Origin: an uncultured delta proteobacterium
GTDB taxonomy: Bacteria > Myxococcota_A > Polyangia > Polyangiales > JAFGIB01
Assembly (NCBI GenBank): GCA_963778655.1
Contig: CAVZVA010000005.1
Location: 32,001 to 96,000, forward strand
Reading direction: 5' to 3'
Length of the DNA: 64,000 nucleotides
Shown: in pieces, positions 20,901 through 29,427 of the stretch
Position numbering within the stretch: the stretch's first letter is position 1
How the letters are laid out: every line of letters begins with the position of its first letter
The notes under the pieces: model-generated
What the model was told of the DNA's origin: nothing
The model's input: the letters and a program-made list of their open reading frames with translations, nothing else
The model's database searches: none
Program-made: the position numbers and the translations under genes

Positions 20901-21621
20901 CCACGATCGCGAGCTGCCCGACGAGGGCATCCACGGCCGCATCGACGAGCTACGGCGCATCGTCGAGCGCATGGGCGAGATCAACCTGATGGCGATCGAG
21001 GAGTACGAGGAGCGCAGCCAGCGCTACGAGTACCTGGTCGCGCAGAAGCAGGATCTCGAGACCGCGCTGGCCCAGCTCGACAAGGCGATCCGGCACATGA
21101 ACCGCAAGAGCCGCAGCATGTTCCGCGAGGCCTTCGACGAGGTGAACACCCGCTTCAAGAAGATGTTCCCGCGCATGTTCGGAGGCGGCCGCGCCGAGCT
21201 GCGGCTGACCGAGAGCGAGGATCTGCTCGAGGCCGGCATCGACATCGTGGCCCAGCCCCCGGGCAAGAAGCTCACCTCGATCGAGCTGATGAGCGGCGGC
21301 GAGAAGGCGCTCACCGCGGTCTCGTTGATCTTCTCGCTGTTCCAGTACCGGCCCTCGCCGTTTTGCCTGCTCGACGAGGTCGACGCGCCGCTCGACGAGG
21401 CCAACGTGGGCCGCTACTGCGAGATGATCCGCGAGATGACCGACCGCTCCCAGTTCATCTTGATCTCGCACAGCAAGACCACGATGCAGAGCGCCGACGT
21501 GTTGTACGGCGTCACCATGGAGACCCCCGGCATCTCCAAGCTGGTCAGCGTGGAGCTGCGCGACCGCAAGCCGGCCGGCGGCGATGGGTCGCACCAGGCG
21601 GCCGAAGCCGCGGTGGCCTGA
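17998..21621 (+). CDS. smc: Chromosome segregation protein SMC
   Basis: GFKSF, Walker A GPNGCGKSN, coiled coils, hinge (GRRGRATLIP), signature MSGGEK, Walker B LLDEVDAPLD. Confidence 0.98.
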   Translation: MKIKKLEVVGFKSFVDRTVLHFDHEVTCIVGPNGCGKSNVVDAIRWAMGEQSAKTLRGRGMEDVIFNGAESRGPVGLAEVSITFDNQDRIAPPEYNDYAEIQVTRRLDRQGNSEYLINKTHVRLMDVTNLFLGTGVGRKSSYSIVEQGRIGLIVSAKPLDRRTLIEEAAGITKFKAKKVAAERKMEYTQQNLLRVSDVIGELQNTLATLKRQAQKAERYKRYRTEIRDLELWVAAHRWLELTSGHRVLQSRLSEVEAKVEGARAALRVREAELEAERLTLQGVETELSDAQARAYEADNGVRLLESEVQHRQQQAEALREREANARRETEGLLGQREALAAEASGIGVRLQGLRENEQAEADVLARESQELERRRQASEEAERLQLAARERLSEADKRIARADALLLALEQRRSDQRARLSRIEAEQRELVDREAELRQQADELRARLSGLRSDKATIGEQRGHLEQELAGLRQQIVHSDERVEQLRSQLAEKRSRLRSLEEIQQRFEGVGAGVRAVMTGFSGAGAGERTRVHGLVADRFECPPELTRALAAALGEKLQYVVVDDLATGVDAVRYLSEGRRGRATLIPSVPSGERATRDALPADAGVVGPLLELVEVAAQDRALAEHLLGDVMVVESLEAARAIHELGQGAHVLVTRDGQLLSADGTLSGGDGEDVGAHLLEVKRELRELADDVAQLETEMDAARAHHGSLRSAIAQRQAAIESTRSDAHEHEIGLVKAERDLRRVEDTATESGQRAHNLAQEGASLAPLLQGGGDEESAARGERAEAEDARAAALAELAAADEVQRTRKALVEEQNDVVTEVRVRAAEAKQRVEGDQAVVERLQRSLAELDAREARLREELQDLAHQQGELVGSVARDRELLTERVAEALERNDQVSALKAQYEEARARLAEHEQGLRAVRVTIEDEGKRLSEFSLEEREAVLAIEHLLEGVYDRHRVDVRKELTDYHDRELPDEGIHGRIDELRRIVERMGEINLMAIEEYEERSQRYEYLVAQKQDLETALAQLDKAIRHMNRKSRSMFREAFDEVNTRFKKMFPRMFGGGRAELRLTESEDLLEAGIDIVAQPPGKKLTSIELMSGGEKALTAVSLIFSLFQYRPSPFCLLDEVDAPLDEANVGRYCEMIREMTDRSQFILISHSKTTMQSADVLYGVTMETPGISKLVSVELRDRKPAGGDGSHQAAEAAVA

Positions 21622-21798
21622 GGCCCCGAGCACGGACGACCTGCCCAGTTGCGGCTTGTGGGCGCGCGCGTTCGCGGCCTTCGTCCTCGAAAGAGCCCTC
21701 GAAATACAGCGAGTATTCGTGTGGCTCTCCTGCGGGCGTGCTGGCGATCGCGCTCCGCCGGCAAGCTGGCCGTGATCAGGTTGTTTGTGCTCGGGTCC
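21622..21798. mobile_element. MITE-like element (~177 bp)
   Basis: 22-bp imperfect TIRs (GGCCCCGAGCACGGACGACCTG / CAGGTTGTTTGTGCTCGGGTCC, 18/22) flanked on both sides by TGA; central hairpin AATAC-N5-GTATT. Confidence 0.75.
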
Positions 21799-21891
21799 TG
21801 AGCATCAGGCCGAACCTGAAACTGCAAGGCGGGAGATCCCGAGGATCCTTCCCCTCCGTCTTCCCGTCTCTCGGAAGAGCGCGGCGGCGCC

Positions 21892-22473
21892 TCAGGCTTC
21901 CAGGTCGCGCGCCAGCTCTTCGCGCAGAACCGGTGGCAGCGCGGCGCGCAGCGGGTAGTCCGGATGTGAGATCACCAGCGCGGCGGGCCGCGTCCGATCA
22001 CGCAGGGTCGCGGCCGCGGCGGCGCCCGGCTCGAAGCGCAGGTAGCAGACCGCGGGCAGGCGCCCGAGCTCCTCGCCGAAGTGGGTGGCGAAACGTGCCT
22101 GGGACAGCTGCTCGCCGATCTGCAGCGCGACCTGCTCGCGCAGGCTGGCGAAGCGTTCGAGCATGACCCGGCGCTCGGCCGCATCGTCGTACTCGATGAA
22201 GAGCGTGGCGGAGAGCGCGCCGGCCGGGGGAATCAGCTCGTTGTAGGTTTCCAGCTCGTGCGCGATCGCGCGCTCGTCGCTGATGCGCTCGGTGCGCAGC
22301 ATCTCCTGAATCTGGAGCAGCATGGTGTCATGGTTCTCGAACACCAGCGACATGTGCTCGCCGAGCTGCAGGCGGCGGTTGGCCTTGAGCGCGATCACGC
22401 GCGAGCGGAAGCGCTCGCGGATCTGCTCGTAGGGTCCGAGATCGAGTAGCTCCGAACGATCGACGGTCTTCAT
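21892..22473 (-). CDS. DUF3501 family protein
   Basis: MKTVDRSELLDLGPYE...FENHDTMLLQIQEMLRTE...ELETYNELIP...LSATLFIEY; GGAGG RBS. Confidence 0.85.
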   Translation of the reverse strand: MKTVDRSELLDLGPYEQIRERFRSRVIALKANRRLQLGEHMSLVFENHDTMLLQIQEMLRTERISDERAIAHELETYNELIPPAGALSATLFIEYDDAAERRVMLERFASLREQVALQIGEQLSQARFATHFGEELGRLPAVCYLRFEPGAAAAATLRDRTRPAALVISHPDYPLRAALPPVLREELARDLEA

Positions 22474-22568
22474 GCTCGCCTCCTGTGGCCGCAAGCTCCC
22501 TGTGCGCGAGGCAAAGCCTCGCGCATGCACCCTCTCGCGGTGGTGCGGCATCCGCCGCACCGCTCCTA

Positions 22569-22733
22569 GAGCACCGAACATATTGAAACGTGTGCGAAGT
22601 CGGGGTCATGGCGGGATGCAGGGTGCCGGCGGGAGCCCGAAGGCGTAGTCCATCCTACGTCGAGCGGGGAGCGCGCGTGCCATGCGCCCGCGAGGGCCCC
22701 GAAATCGTGCGTGTTTCAATATGTTCGGTGCTC
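22569..22733. mobile_element. MITE-like element (165 bp)
   Basis: Perfect 21-bp TIR GAGCACCGAACATATTGAAAC / GTTTCAATATGTTCGGTGCTC; CTAG/CCAG at the ends; central hairpin CGTAG-N6-CTACG. Confidence 0.85.
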
Positions 22734-22769
22734 CAGTCGCACCGAACGCGCGTGCCCGAGCCGCGAGGG

Positions 22770-22826
22770 TTCACAGGAAGACGGGAAGAACAGCCGTGTG
22801 CGTGCTTCCCGCCTTCCCGGTCTTGC
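22770..22826. repeat. CAGGAAG(G/A)CGGGAAG ... CTTCCCG(C/T)CTTCC inverted-repeat family member
   Basis: TCACAGGAAGACGGGAAG ... CTTCCCGCCTTCCCG downstream of rubrerythrin. Confidence 0.7.
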
Positions 22827-22873
22827 ATCCTCCGCAGGGGCCGGAGGGCACGGCCGCCGCTGTGCGGCGGCGC

Positions 22874-23297
<424 letters not shown>

Positions 23298-23325
23298 GTT
23301 CTTGCTCTCCTCTTTGTGGCGTTGC

Positions 23326-23751
23326 TCAGGCGGCGCTGGCGCACTTGGCGCACAGGCCGCGGTAGATCCGTTCCACGCGCGCGACGCGAAACCCCGGCAG
23401 GCTGCACCCGGCCTCGCCTTGGGCAGGCGCCTGCAGCGTAACGTCGCGAATCGCGCCGCAGTGCTCGCACACCGCGTGGTCGTGCGGCTCGACGTTGGGG
23501 TCGAAGCGGCTGGGGCCGCCCATGTCGAGCTGGCGGCAGTGCCTGAGCGCGCCGAGCGCGCTCAGGGTGTTGTAGACGGTCGCCACCGACATGCTCGGAA
23601 AGCGAGCGCGCAGCCGTTCGTGCAGCTCCTGGGCCGTGGGGTGGGTGTGGTCGCGCGCCAGGCACTCGGCGATCGCCAGCCGCTGCGGAGTCACCTTGAG
23701 GCCGGCGGCGCGCAGCGTCTGCATCAGGCTCAGGCTGGAGTCGCGATCCAT
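23326..23751 (-). CDS. Fur-family transcriptional repressor, PerR-like
   Basis: GLKVTPQRLAI, HTHPTA, SVATVYNTL, RFDPN..HDHAVCEHCG, GLCAKC; upstream of rubrerythrin. Confidence 0.92.
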   Translation of the reverse strand: MDRDSSLSLMQTLRAAGLKVTPQRLAIAECLARDHTHPTAQELHERLRARFPSMSVATVYNTLSALGALRHCRQLDMGGPSRFDPNVEPHDHAVCEHCGAIRDVTLQAPAQGEAGCSLPGFRVARVERIYRGLCAKCASAA

Positions 23752-23758
23752 TCTTACT

Positions 23759-23773
23759 TGATAATGGTTCTAA
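23759..23773. promoter_or_regulatory. Fur/Per box
   Basis: TGATAAT-G-GTTCTAA, a 7-1-7-like AT-rich site 7 nt upstream of the Fur-family start codon. Confidence 0.7.
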
Positions 23774-23947
23774 TCGAGCCCCCGCGCAACCCGGCCGCGC
23801 GTCCTTTGGTGCGGGCCGGGTGCCGCCCCGCCACCCGCGCACGGAGCGCGAAGCATAGGCCCCGGGGCGCCACGGCCGCAACCGCGAGAGGCGCGCGCTC
23901 GCGGACCGCGGTTTGCCGGCCCGCCGGCTCGGGCGGCGCTATGCTGG

Positions 23948-25729
23948 ATGGGTGAGGTTTCCGGCGTGAGCGAAACCGCGCGGCGCGTGCCGGCGCACCT
24001 GCGGCGTTTCGTGGTGCAGCAAGACTACGCGGCCTACACCGCGGTCGACCACGCGGTGTGGCGCTTCGTGCTGCTGCAGATGTACGACCGGCTCACGCGC
24101 GCCGCGCACCCGGCCTATGCGCGCGGGCTCGCCCAGACCGGAATGTCGGTCGAGCGCATCCCGCGCATCGCGGAGATGGACGCCTGCTTGAGCGAGCTCG
24201 GATGGGGCGCGGTGTGCGTGGACGGCTTCATCCCCCCGCGCGCATTTCAGGAGTTTCAGGCGCGCTCGATTCTGCCGATCGCCGCCGAGATCCGCCGGGT
24301 CGAGCATCTGCCCTACACGCCCGCACCCGACATCATCCACGAGGCTGCGGGGCATGCGCCCATCCTGCCAGACCCCGACTACGGCGCGTTCCTGCGCCGC
24401 ATCGGCGAGCACGGCATGCACGCGTTCGCGTCGGCTCGCGATGCGCGCATGTACGAGGCGATCTACCGGCTGTCGCTGGTCAAGGAGCTGCGCGACGCCG
24501 ATCCCGCGCAGGTGCGTACGGCCGAGCAGGCGCTGGCCGCGCTGGTGGCCGAAGCGGCGCAGCCGAGCGAGGCGGCGCGGCTGGCTCGGCTCTACTGGTG
24601 GACGGTCGAGTACGGTCTGGTCGGGACGCCGCGGGCCTACAAGCTGTACGGCGCGGGCCTGCTGTCCTCCCTGGCCGAAAGCCATTTCTGCCACGACCCG
24701 GGCGTGCGCAAGCTGCCCTTGGGGCCGGACTGCGTGGAGGTCGATTACGACATCACGAGCCCACAGCCGCAGCTGTTCGTGGCGCGCGACTTCGCGCAGC
24801 TCTCGGCGCTGCTGGACGAGGTTTGTGCCGGCTTCGCGTTTCGCCAAGGCGGGCTGCACGGGCTGCGCGTCGCGCGCGAGGCCGGCGAGCTGGCCACGGT
24901 GGCGCTCGATTCAGGGCTGGAGCTGACAGGCAAGATCGCCGAGCTGAGCGAGACCGGCGCCGAGCCCGCGCTGATAGCCTTCGACGGCGCCTGCGCGCTG
25001 GGCGCGGGCGGGCGCCTGCTCGCTGCACACGGCCCCGGCGCCTATCCCAGCGGAATGGGCGCGCTGCTCGGCGCGCTCGCGGACGGCCGCCAGCTGGCGA
25101 CCTTCGCAGCCGACTTGGACGCCCGCGGCGGCATCCAGCCGGTGCGGCTGGAGCTCGCGAGCGGGCTACGCGTGGAGGGGCGGTTGCGCGCGCTCGCGGC
25201 GCAGGCCGGCCAGCCGCTGGCTCTGGTGCTGGAGCACGCGCGCGTGTATCGGGGGGGGCAGCAACTGTGGGCGCGCCTCGATGCGCCGCTGCTGTGGCCT
25301 GGCGGTTGCAGCGTGCGCAGCGTGCGCGCCGGCGCCGAGGACGGCGCCTACTTTCCCGAGGCCGATTGGCCCGAAGTCGCCGCCCCCGCGCGCGAGCCGG
25401 AGGACGCGGAGCAACGCGCGCGCAGGCTGCTGTACGAACGCGCGGCGGCGGCCCGCGCGCAAGCCGGCCGCGCGGCCGGCGACGAGCTGTCGACATTGCA
25501 CGAGACGTTGCTGCGCGAGGGACGCGCGGAGTGGCTGCTGCGCTGGAACCTGCTCGAGAGCTTGACCCGGCTCGAGCTCGATCCGGCGCGCCGCGAACGG
25601 TTGGCCGCCGAGCTCTGGCAGCTCGAGCACCGCTTCGGCGGCCGCCATCCCATCGCCATGGGATTGCGCTATCTCGGCTGTGCCGAGCCGGGCGCGGCGC
25701 TCAAGGGGCGATCTGCAAGCTCGCGGTGA
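23948..25729 (+). CDS. phhA: Aromatic amino acid hydroxylase (phenylalanine 4-monooxygenase, long form)
   Basis: VDGFIPP, YTPAPDIIHEAAGHAP (iron His ligands), WWTVEYGL, YGAGLLSS, YDITSPQPQLFV; ~300-aa C-terminal extension. Confidence 0.88.
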   Translation: MGEVSGVSETARRVPAHLRRFVVQQDYAAYTAVDHAVWRFVLLQMYDRLTRAAHPAYARGLAQTGMSVERIPRIAEMDACLSELGWGAVCVDGFIPPRAFQEFQARSILPIAAEIRRVEHLPYTPAPDIIHEAAGHAPILPDPDYGAFLRRIGEHGMHAFASARDARMYEAIYRLSLVKELRDADPAQVRTAEQALAALVAEAAQPSEAARLARLYWWTVEYGLVGTPRAYKLYGAGLLSSLAESHFCHDPGVRKLPLGPDCVEVDYDITSPQPQLFVARDFAQLSALLDEVCAGFAFRQGGLHGLRVAREAGELATVALDSGLELTGKIAELSETGAEPALIAFDGACALGAGGRLLAAHGPGAYPSGMGALLGALADGRQLATFAADLDARGGIQPVRLELASGLRVEGRLRALAAQAGQPLALVLEHARVYRGGQQLWARLDAPLLWPGGCSVRSVRAGAEDGAYFPEADWPEVAAPAREPEDAEQRARRLLYERAAAARAQAGRAAGDELSTLHETLLREGRAEWLLRWNLLESLTRLELDPARRERLAAELWQLEHRFGGRHPIAMGLRYLGCAEPGAALKGRSASSR

Positions 25730-26570
25730 TCTGCACCGCCGTCGCGTACAACGCACCCGCGAGCGTGGAGCACGACAGCACGCCCTGCTGCACGTCAGTC
25801 AGGTCGGGCTTGCAGGCAAACAGCAGCTCGTCGGTGGTCGAGGGATCGTCGTGATCCCAGGCTTCGAAACGCAGCACGTCGCCCTTCATGAGCTGCAGCG
25901 GGAAGGGCGCGTCGTGGTACGTCGGATCGTCGGATCCCTTCACGTAGCTGGTTTGGCCGACCAAAGTCTCGTCGCCGCTGCGGACCAGGATCACGCGTAT
26001 GTACGGATCGACGGCGCACGCGCACAAGGAGTACGGAATGGACAACACGTTGTCACACACCAAGTCGTAGCAACGAGTGTCCAGGCTGCTGGACCTGGGT
26101 ACGGTCGCAGATTCGATCTGCAGCGTGTAGCGCCCCGGCGTCTGCACTGCCACCGGCTTGCACTGGTGATCGATGCATTGCTCGTCCGGCTTGCACACGG
26201 GATCGCAGGGTGGCTTGGCTGCGGCCGCGTCGAGCTCGACCGCGGCTCCCGAATCGTCGTCGGCGGGGGCCGTCGCGTCCGGCAGCGCCTTGGCCGCATC
26301 GCCTGCGTCCATCGGCTCGGGCGGGGAGCTGCCGGCGTCCTGCGGGCGACCGGCATCCATGTCCGACTTCACCACGGCTGCGTCCATGTGCGCCTTACAC
26401 GTAGCGGTGCCGAAGCAGTCGGGATCGCGGCAATCGAGCAAGCCGTCGTGGTCGTCGTCCAGGTGGTTGTTGCACGCCACCTCGCCGTACTCGCCCGGCC
26501 GTTGCGACCTGCAGCCGGCCACCGCCAGCGCCAGGGCCGCAAAGACTGCTTGAGATACGATCGGCCGCAT
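25701..26570 (-). CDS. Lipoprotein with Cys/Asp-rich repeat and C-terminal C2-like domain
   Basis: Lipobox AVAGC; CNNHLDDDHDGLLDCRDPDC; DPYIRV...QTSYVKGSDDPTY...LRFEAWDHDDPSTTDELL. Confidence 0.75.
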   Translation of the reverse strand: MRPIVSQAVFAALALAVAGCRSQRPGEYGEVACNNHLDDDHDGLLDCRDPDCFGTATCKAHMDAAVVKSDMDAGRPQDAGSSPPEPMDAGDAAKALPDATAPADDDSGAAVELDAAAAKPPCDPVCKPDEQCIDHQCKPVAVQTPGRYTLQIESATVPRSSSLDTRCYDLVCDNVLSIPYSLCACAVDPYIRVILVRSGDETLVGQTSYVKGSDDPTYHDAPFPLQLMKGDVLRFEAWDHDDPSTTDELLFACKPDLTDVQQGVLSCSTLAGALYATAVQITASLQIAP

Positions 26571-26678
26571 CACCGCTCGCGGCGCGCGGTGGCCCCACCC
26601 TCGGTAGCCCCGCGCGGCGTGCTCCGCAGCCAAGCATAGCAGGGAGCCGCCGCCGCCGCAGCCGCCGGCGCGGGGGCG

Positions 26679-27305
26679 TCAGTGGATGATGTCCAGCGGA
26701 TGGTGGTGCAGGTCTTCGCCTTCGAGCGTGGGGGCAGGCTTCCAGCGCAGGAACACCTGTCCCAGGCAGCGATCGGGGTCGACCTCGCCCAGCTCGCGGC
26801 TGTCGAAGCTCGGCTCGCTGCGGTTGTCGCCGAGCAGGTAGACGCCCTTCTCCACGGTGTACGGGCGCAAGCTGAAGACGTCGCCTTGCTGCACGAAGAA
26901 CGCATGGCTGTGCTTGCCGAAATAGTCGATCTCGCTCATCACCATGTCCTGCATGCGCTTGCGGGTCGCGTCGTAGAACTGGATCCGCTCGCCGCCTTGG
27001 GTGGCCGTCTGATCGTTGTCCACGTAGAGCTGTCCGTTGAAGTCGGTGTGCACCGAGTGACCGGAAAACGCGATTGCACGTCCGATCACCTGTTGGCCCG
27101 TGCGTACGGGGTTCTCGCACACGACCACGTCGGCCATGTCGACGCGCGCACCCTTCCACACCAACACCTCGTCGCCGTAGACCAGCGTCGGCGCCATGCC
27201 GTTGTCGGTCACCGTCACCACCTCGACGAAGAACATCCGCAGCAGGGCGCCGCAGATGATCAGAGCCGCGGCCACGTTGAGCAGAACCTTGCCGGTGTCG
27301 CCCAT
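26679..27305 (-). CDS. Signal peptidase I (S26) homologue lacking the catalytic Ser and Lys
   Basis: N-terminal TM; box B DNGMAPTL, box C GDEVLV, box D VIGRAIA, box E LLGDNRSEPSFDSRELG. Confidence 0.8.
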   Translation of the reverse strand: MGDTGKVLLNVAAALIICGALLRMFFVEVVTVTDNGMAPTLVYGDEVLVWKGARVDMADVVVCENPVRTGQQVIGRAIAFSGHSVHTDFNGQLYVDNDQTATQGGERIQFYDATRKRMQDMVMSEIDYFGKHSHAFFVQQGDVFSLRPYTVEKGVYLLGDNRSEPSFDSRELGEVDPDRCLGQVFLRWKPAPTLEGEDLHHHPLDIIH

Positions 27306-27527
27306 GTTTAGTGCTCTGACCGGGCGATTCTGATCGGACCTCGCGCCCGATCCGACGCCGCCCGGGACGCGGCTTTGCTCGAAAGCGGGGCTACCCTTCC
27401 TTCGCCAACCGACGCCCCGCTAGCCACCACCTCAGACCCGATCTCGCTTCAAAACCGACCTCGCGTGTGGCCGGACCGGACCGATACTGCTGGGTTTCGC
27501 CGCGCTTGGCAAACTCGCGCTCGAGGC

Positions 27528-28151
27528 TCAGCGGGCTGCGCGCGCGGCGTCGATCGCCGCGAGCAGCACCCGCAGCGACGCGTCCGGCTGCTCGCTCTGC
27601 AGCAGCCCGCGGATCGCTGCCAGACCGCACGCGCCGCGTTCGATCAGCGCGCCCGCGCTCGACGCGTCGACGCCGCCCAGCGCGAGCACGTCGATCGGGC
27701 TCTGGCCGGCGATCGCGGCGAAGCCCTCCAGCCCCAGTGCGGCGCCCTTGCCAGGCACCGCGAACACCGGGCTGAGCGTGACGAACGAAGCGCCCTCGCG
27801 GGCGGCGGCGAGCACGCCCGAGAGATCGTGGCGCGAAGCGCCGATCAGCGCGGCCGGGCCCAGTCGCGCGCGCGCCTCGGCGACGGGCGGGCCGCGCTCG
27901 GGTAGCTGCACGCCGTCCGCGTCCACCGCCATCGCGAGCGCCAGCTCGGCGTTCAGCAGCAGCGCCGCGCCGCGCGCCCGGGTCAGCGCGCGCAGCCGGC
28001 GCGCAAGCGCGTCGCGCTCGGCCGCCGGCAGGTGCGCGGCACGAAGCTGAACCCCGACCCGGCCCGGCGGCGCGGCGGCCAGCAGCCGCTCCGCGCTGGC
28101 GGCGATCTCGGCCAAGGAGCGCTCGGGCGTGATCGCGTACACGTCGAACAT
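27528..28151 (-). CDS. Thiamine phosphate synthase family protein (ThiE/TenI)
   Basis: YAIT, VQLR, ADGVQL, IGASRH, LSPVF..PGK, ALGGVD; downstream of thiG. Confidence 0.82.
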   Translation of the reverse strand: MFDVYAITPERSLAEIAASAERLLAAAPPGRVGVQLRAAHLPAAERDALARRLRALTRARGAALLLNAELALAMAVDADGVQLPERGPPVAEARARLGPAALIGASRHDLSGVLAAAREGASFVTLSPVFAVPGKGAALGLEGFAAIAGQSPIDVLALGGVDASSAGALIERGACGLAAIRGLLQSEQPDASLRVLLAAIDAARAAR

Positions 28152-28182
28152 GCCGGTCTGCTCGCGGCCGGGTATCGGTGGA

Positions 28183-28971
28183 TCAGCTGGACTGCTTGCT
28201 GCCGATCACGCCCTGCAACGGGCTCGACGCGCTCGCGTACAGTCGCCGCGGAATGCGCCCGGCCAGGAAGGCCTCGCGTCCGGCCTCGATCGCGAGCCGC
28301 ATCGCGCGCGCCATGCGCACGGGGTCCTGCGCACCCGCGATCGCGGTGTTCATCAGCACGCCGTCGCAACCCAGCTCCATCGCGATTGCTGCGTCCGAAG
28401 CGGTGCCCACGCCGGCGTCGACGATCAGCGGTATCGCGATTTGCTGGCGCATGATCTCGAGGTTGTACGGATTGCGGATGCCGAGGCCGCTGCCGATCGG
28501 CGCCGCCAGCGGCATCACCGCCGCGCAGCCGAGATCCGCGAGCTTCCTGGCGCTGATCGGATCGTCGGTGGTGTAGGGCAGCACGGTGAAGCCTTCCTTC
28601 ACCAGCACTTCGGCCGCCTTCAGCGTCTGCACCACGTCGGGAAAGAGCGTCTGCGGATCGCCCAGCACCTCGACCTTGACCACGCCGCTCATGCCCAGCT
28701 CGCGCGCGAGCCTGCAGGTGCGAATGGCGTCCTCGGCCGTGTAGCAGCCGGCGGTGTTGGGCAGCAGCTGGTAGCCGCGCTCGCGCAGATAGCCGCGCAG
28801 GTCGTCGCCGCCTTTTGCCTTGAGGTCCAGCCGCCGCACCGCCACCGTGACCATCTGCGTGCCCGAGGCCTCGAGCGCCGCCTTGGTCTGGGCCAGGTCG
28901 CGGTACTTGCCCGTGCCCACGATCAGCCGCGAGCTCAGCTCGAGCCCTCCGATACGCAGCGCGTCGTCCAT
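28183..28971 (-). CDS. thiG: Thiazole synthase
   Basis: [55 protein letters not shown]. Confidence 0.97.
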   Translation of the reverse strand: MDDALRIGGLELSSRLIVGTGKYRDLAQTKAALEASGTQMVTVAVRRLDLKAKGGDDLRGYLRERGYQLLPNTAGCYTAEDAIRTCRLARELGMSGVVKVEVLGDPQTLFPDVVQTLKAAEVLVKEGFTVLPYTTDDPISARKLADLGCAAVMPLAAPIGSGLGIRNPYNLEIMRQQIAIPLIVDAGVGTASDAAIAMELGCDGVLMNTAIAGAQDPVRMARAMRLAIEAGREAFLAGRIPRRLYASASSPLQGVIGSKQSS

Positions 28972-28972
28972 C

Positions 28973-29173
28973 TCAACCGCCTCCTACGAACTGCACCACT
29001 TCCAGCGCATCGCCTTCGCACAGCGAGGTCGCCTCGTGCTCGGCGCGGGGCACGATTTCCTTGTTGCGCTCGACCGCGACCGGGCCGCCTTCGACTCCGA
29101 GCTCGCGCAGCAGCCCCATCACGGTGGTCCCCGGGGCCACCTCGCGCGCTTCACCGTTGAGCTCGATGCGCAT
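28973..29173 (-). CDS. thiS: Sulfur carrier protein ThiS
   Basis: 66 aa, MRIELNGE...VAVERN..IVPR...VQFVGGG. Confidence 0.95.
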   Translation of the reverse strand: MRIELNGEAREVAPGTTVMGLLRELGVEGGPVAVERNKEIVPRAEHEATSLCEGDALEVVQFVGGG

Positions 29174-29248
29174 ATGCGCGCGCAGCTTACACCCAGCGGG
29201 GCCCGCGCGCGATCCGCCGGAGGCCAGACGGATCCGCCTTCAGGATTC

Positions 29249-29340
29249 ATCACAGGCAGGCGGGAACACGCGAAGAATCAGGGCGCGGGACCTCCGCCTC
29301 GTCGTCGCACCTTCCCGTCATCCCGCCTTCCTGTTTCATG
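29249..29340. repeat. CAGGAAGGCGGGAAG-family inverted repeat
   Basis: CACAGGCAGGCGGGAAC ... CTTCCCGTCATCCCGCCTTCCTGTTTC. Confidence 0.7.
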
Positions 29341-29392
29341 GTTTCTGCCGCTGCTCCGGCCCACGCCGCGCGCGAGGCGCTGCCCCGCTTCC

Positions 29393-29421
29393 TTGACGCA
29401 GGCTCGGCGGGCGGTTAGCCA
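29393..29421 (+). promoter_or_regulatory. Putative sigma70 promoter of alr (TTGACG-N17-TAGCCA)
   Basis: Canonical spacing; -10 ends 6 nt before ATG 29428. Confidence 0.5.
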
Positions 29422-29427
29422 TGGCGA

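Noticed and set aside
29174..29427. TPP riboswitch upstream of thiS-thiG
   Set aside because: No CUGAGA core on the minus strand; the hairpin present belongs to the dispersed inverted-repeat family, and a TAAGCT -10-like box sits only ~10 nt before thiS
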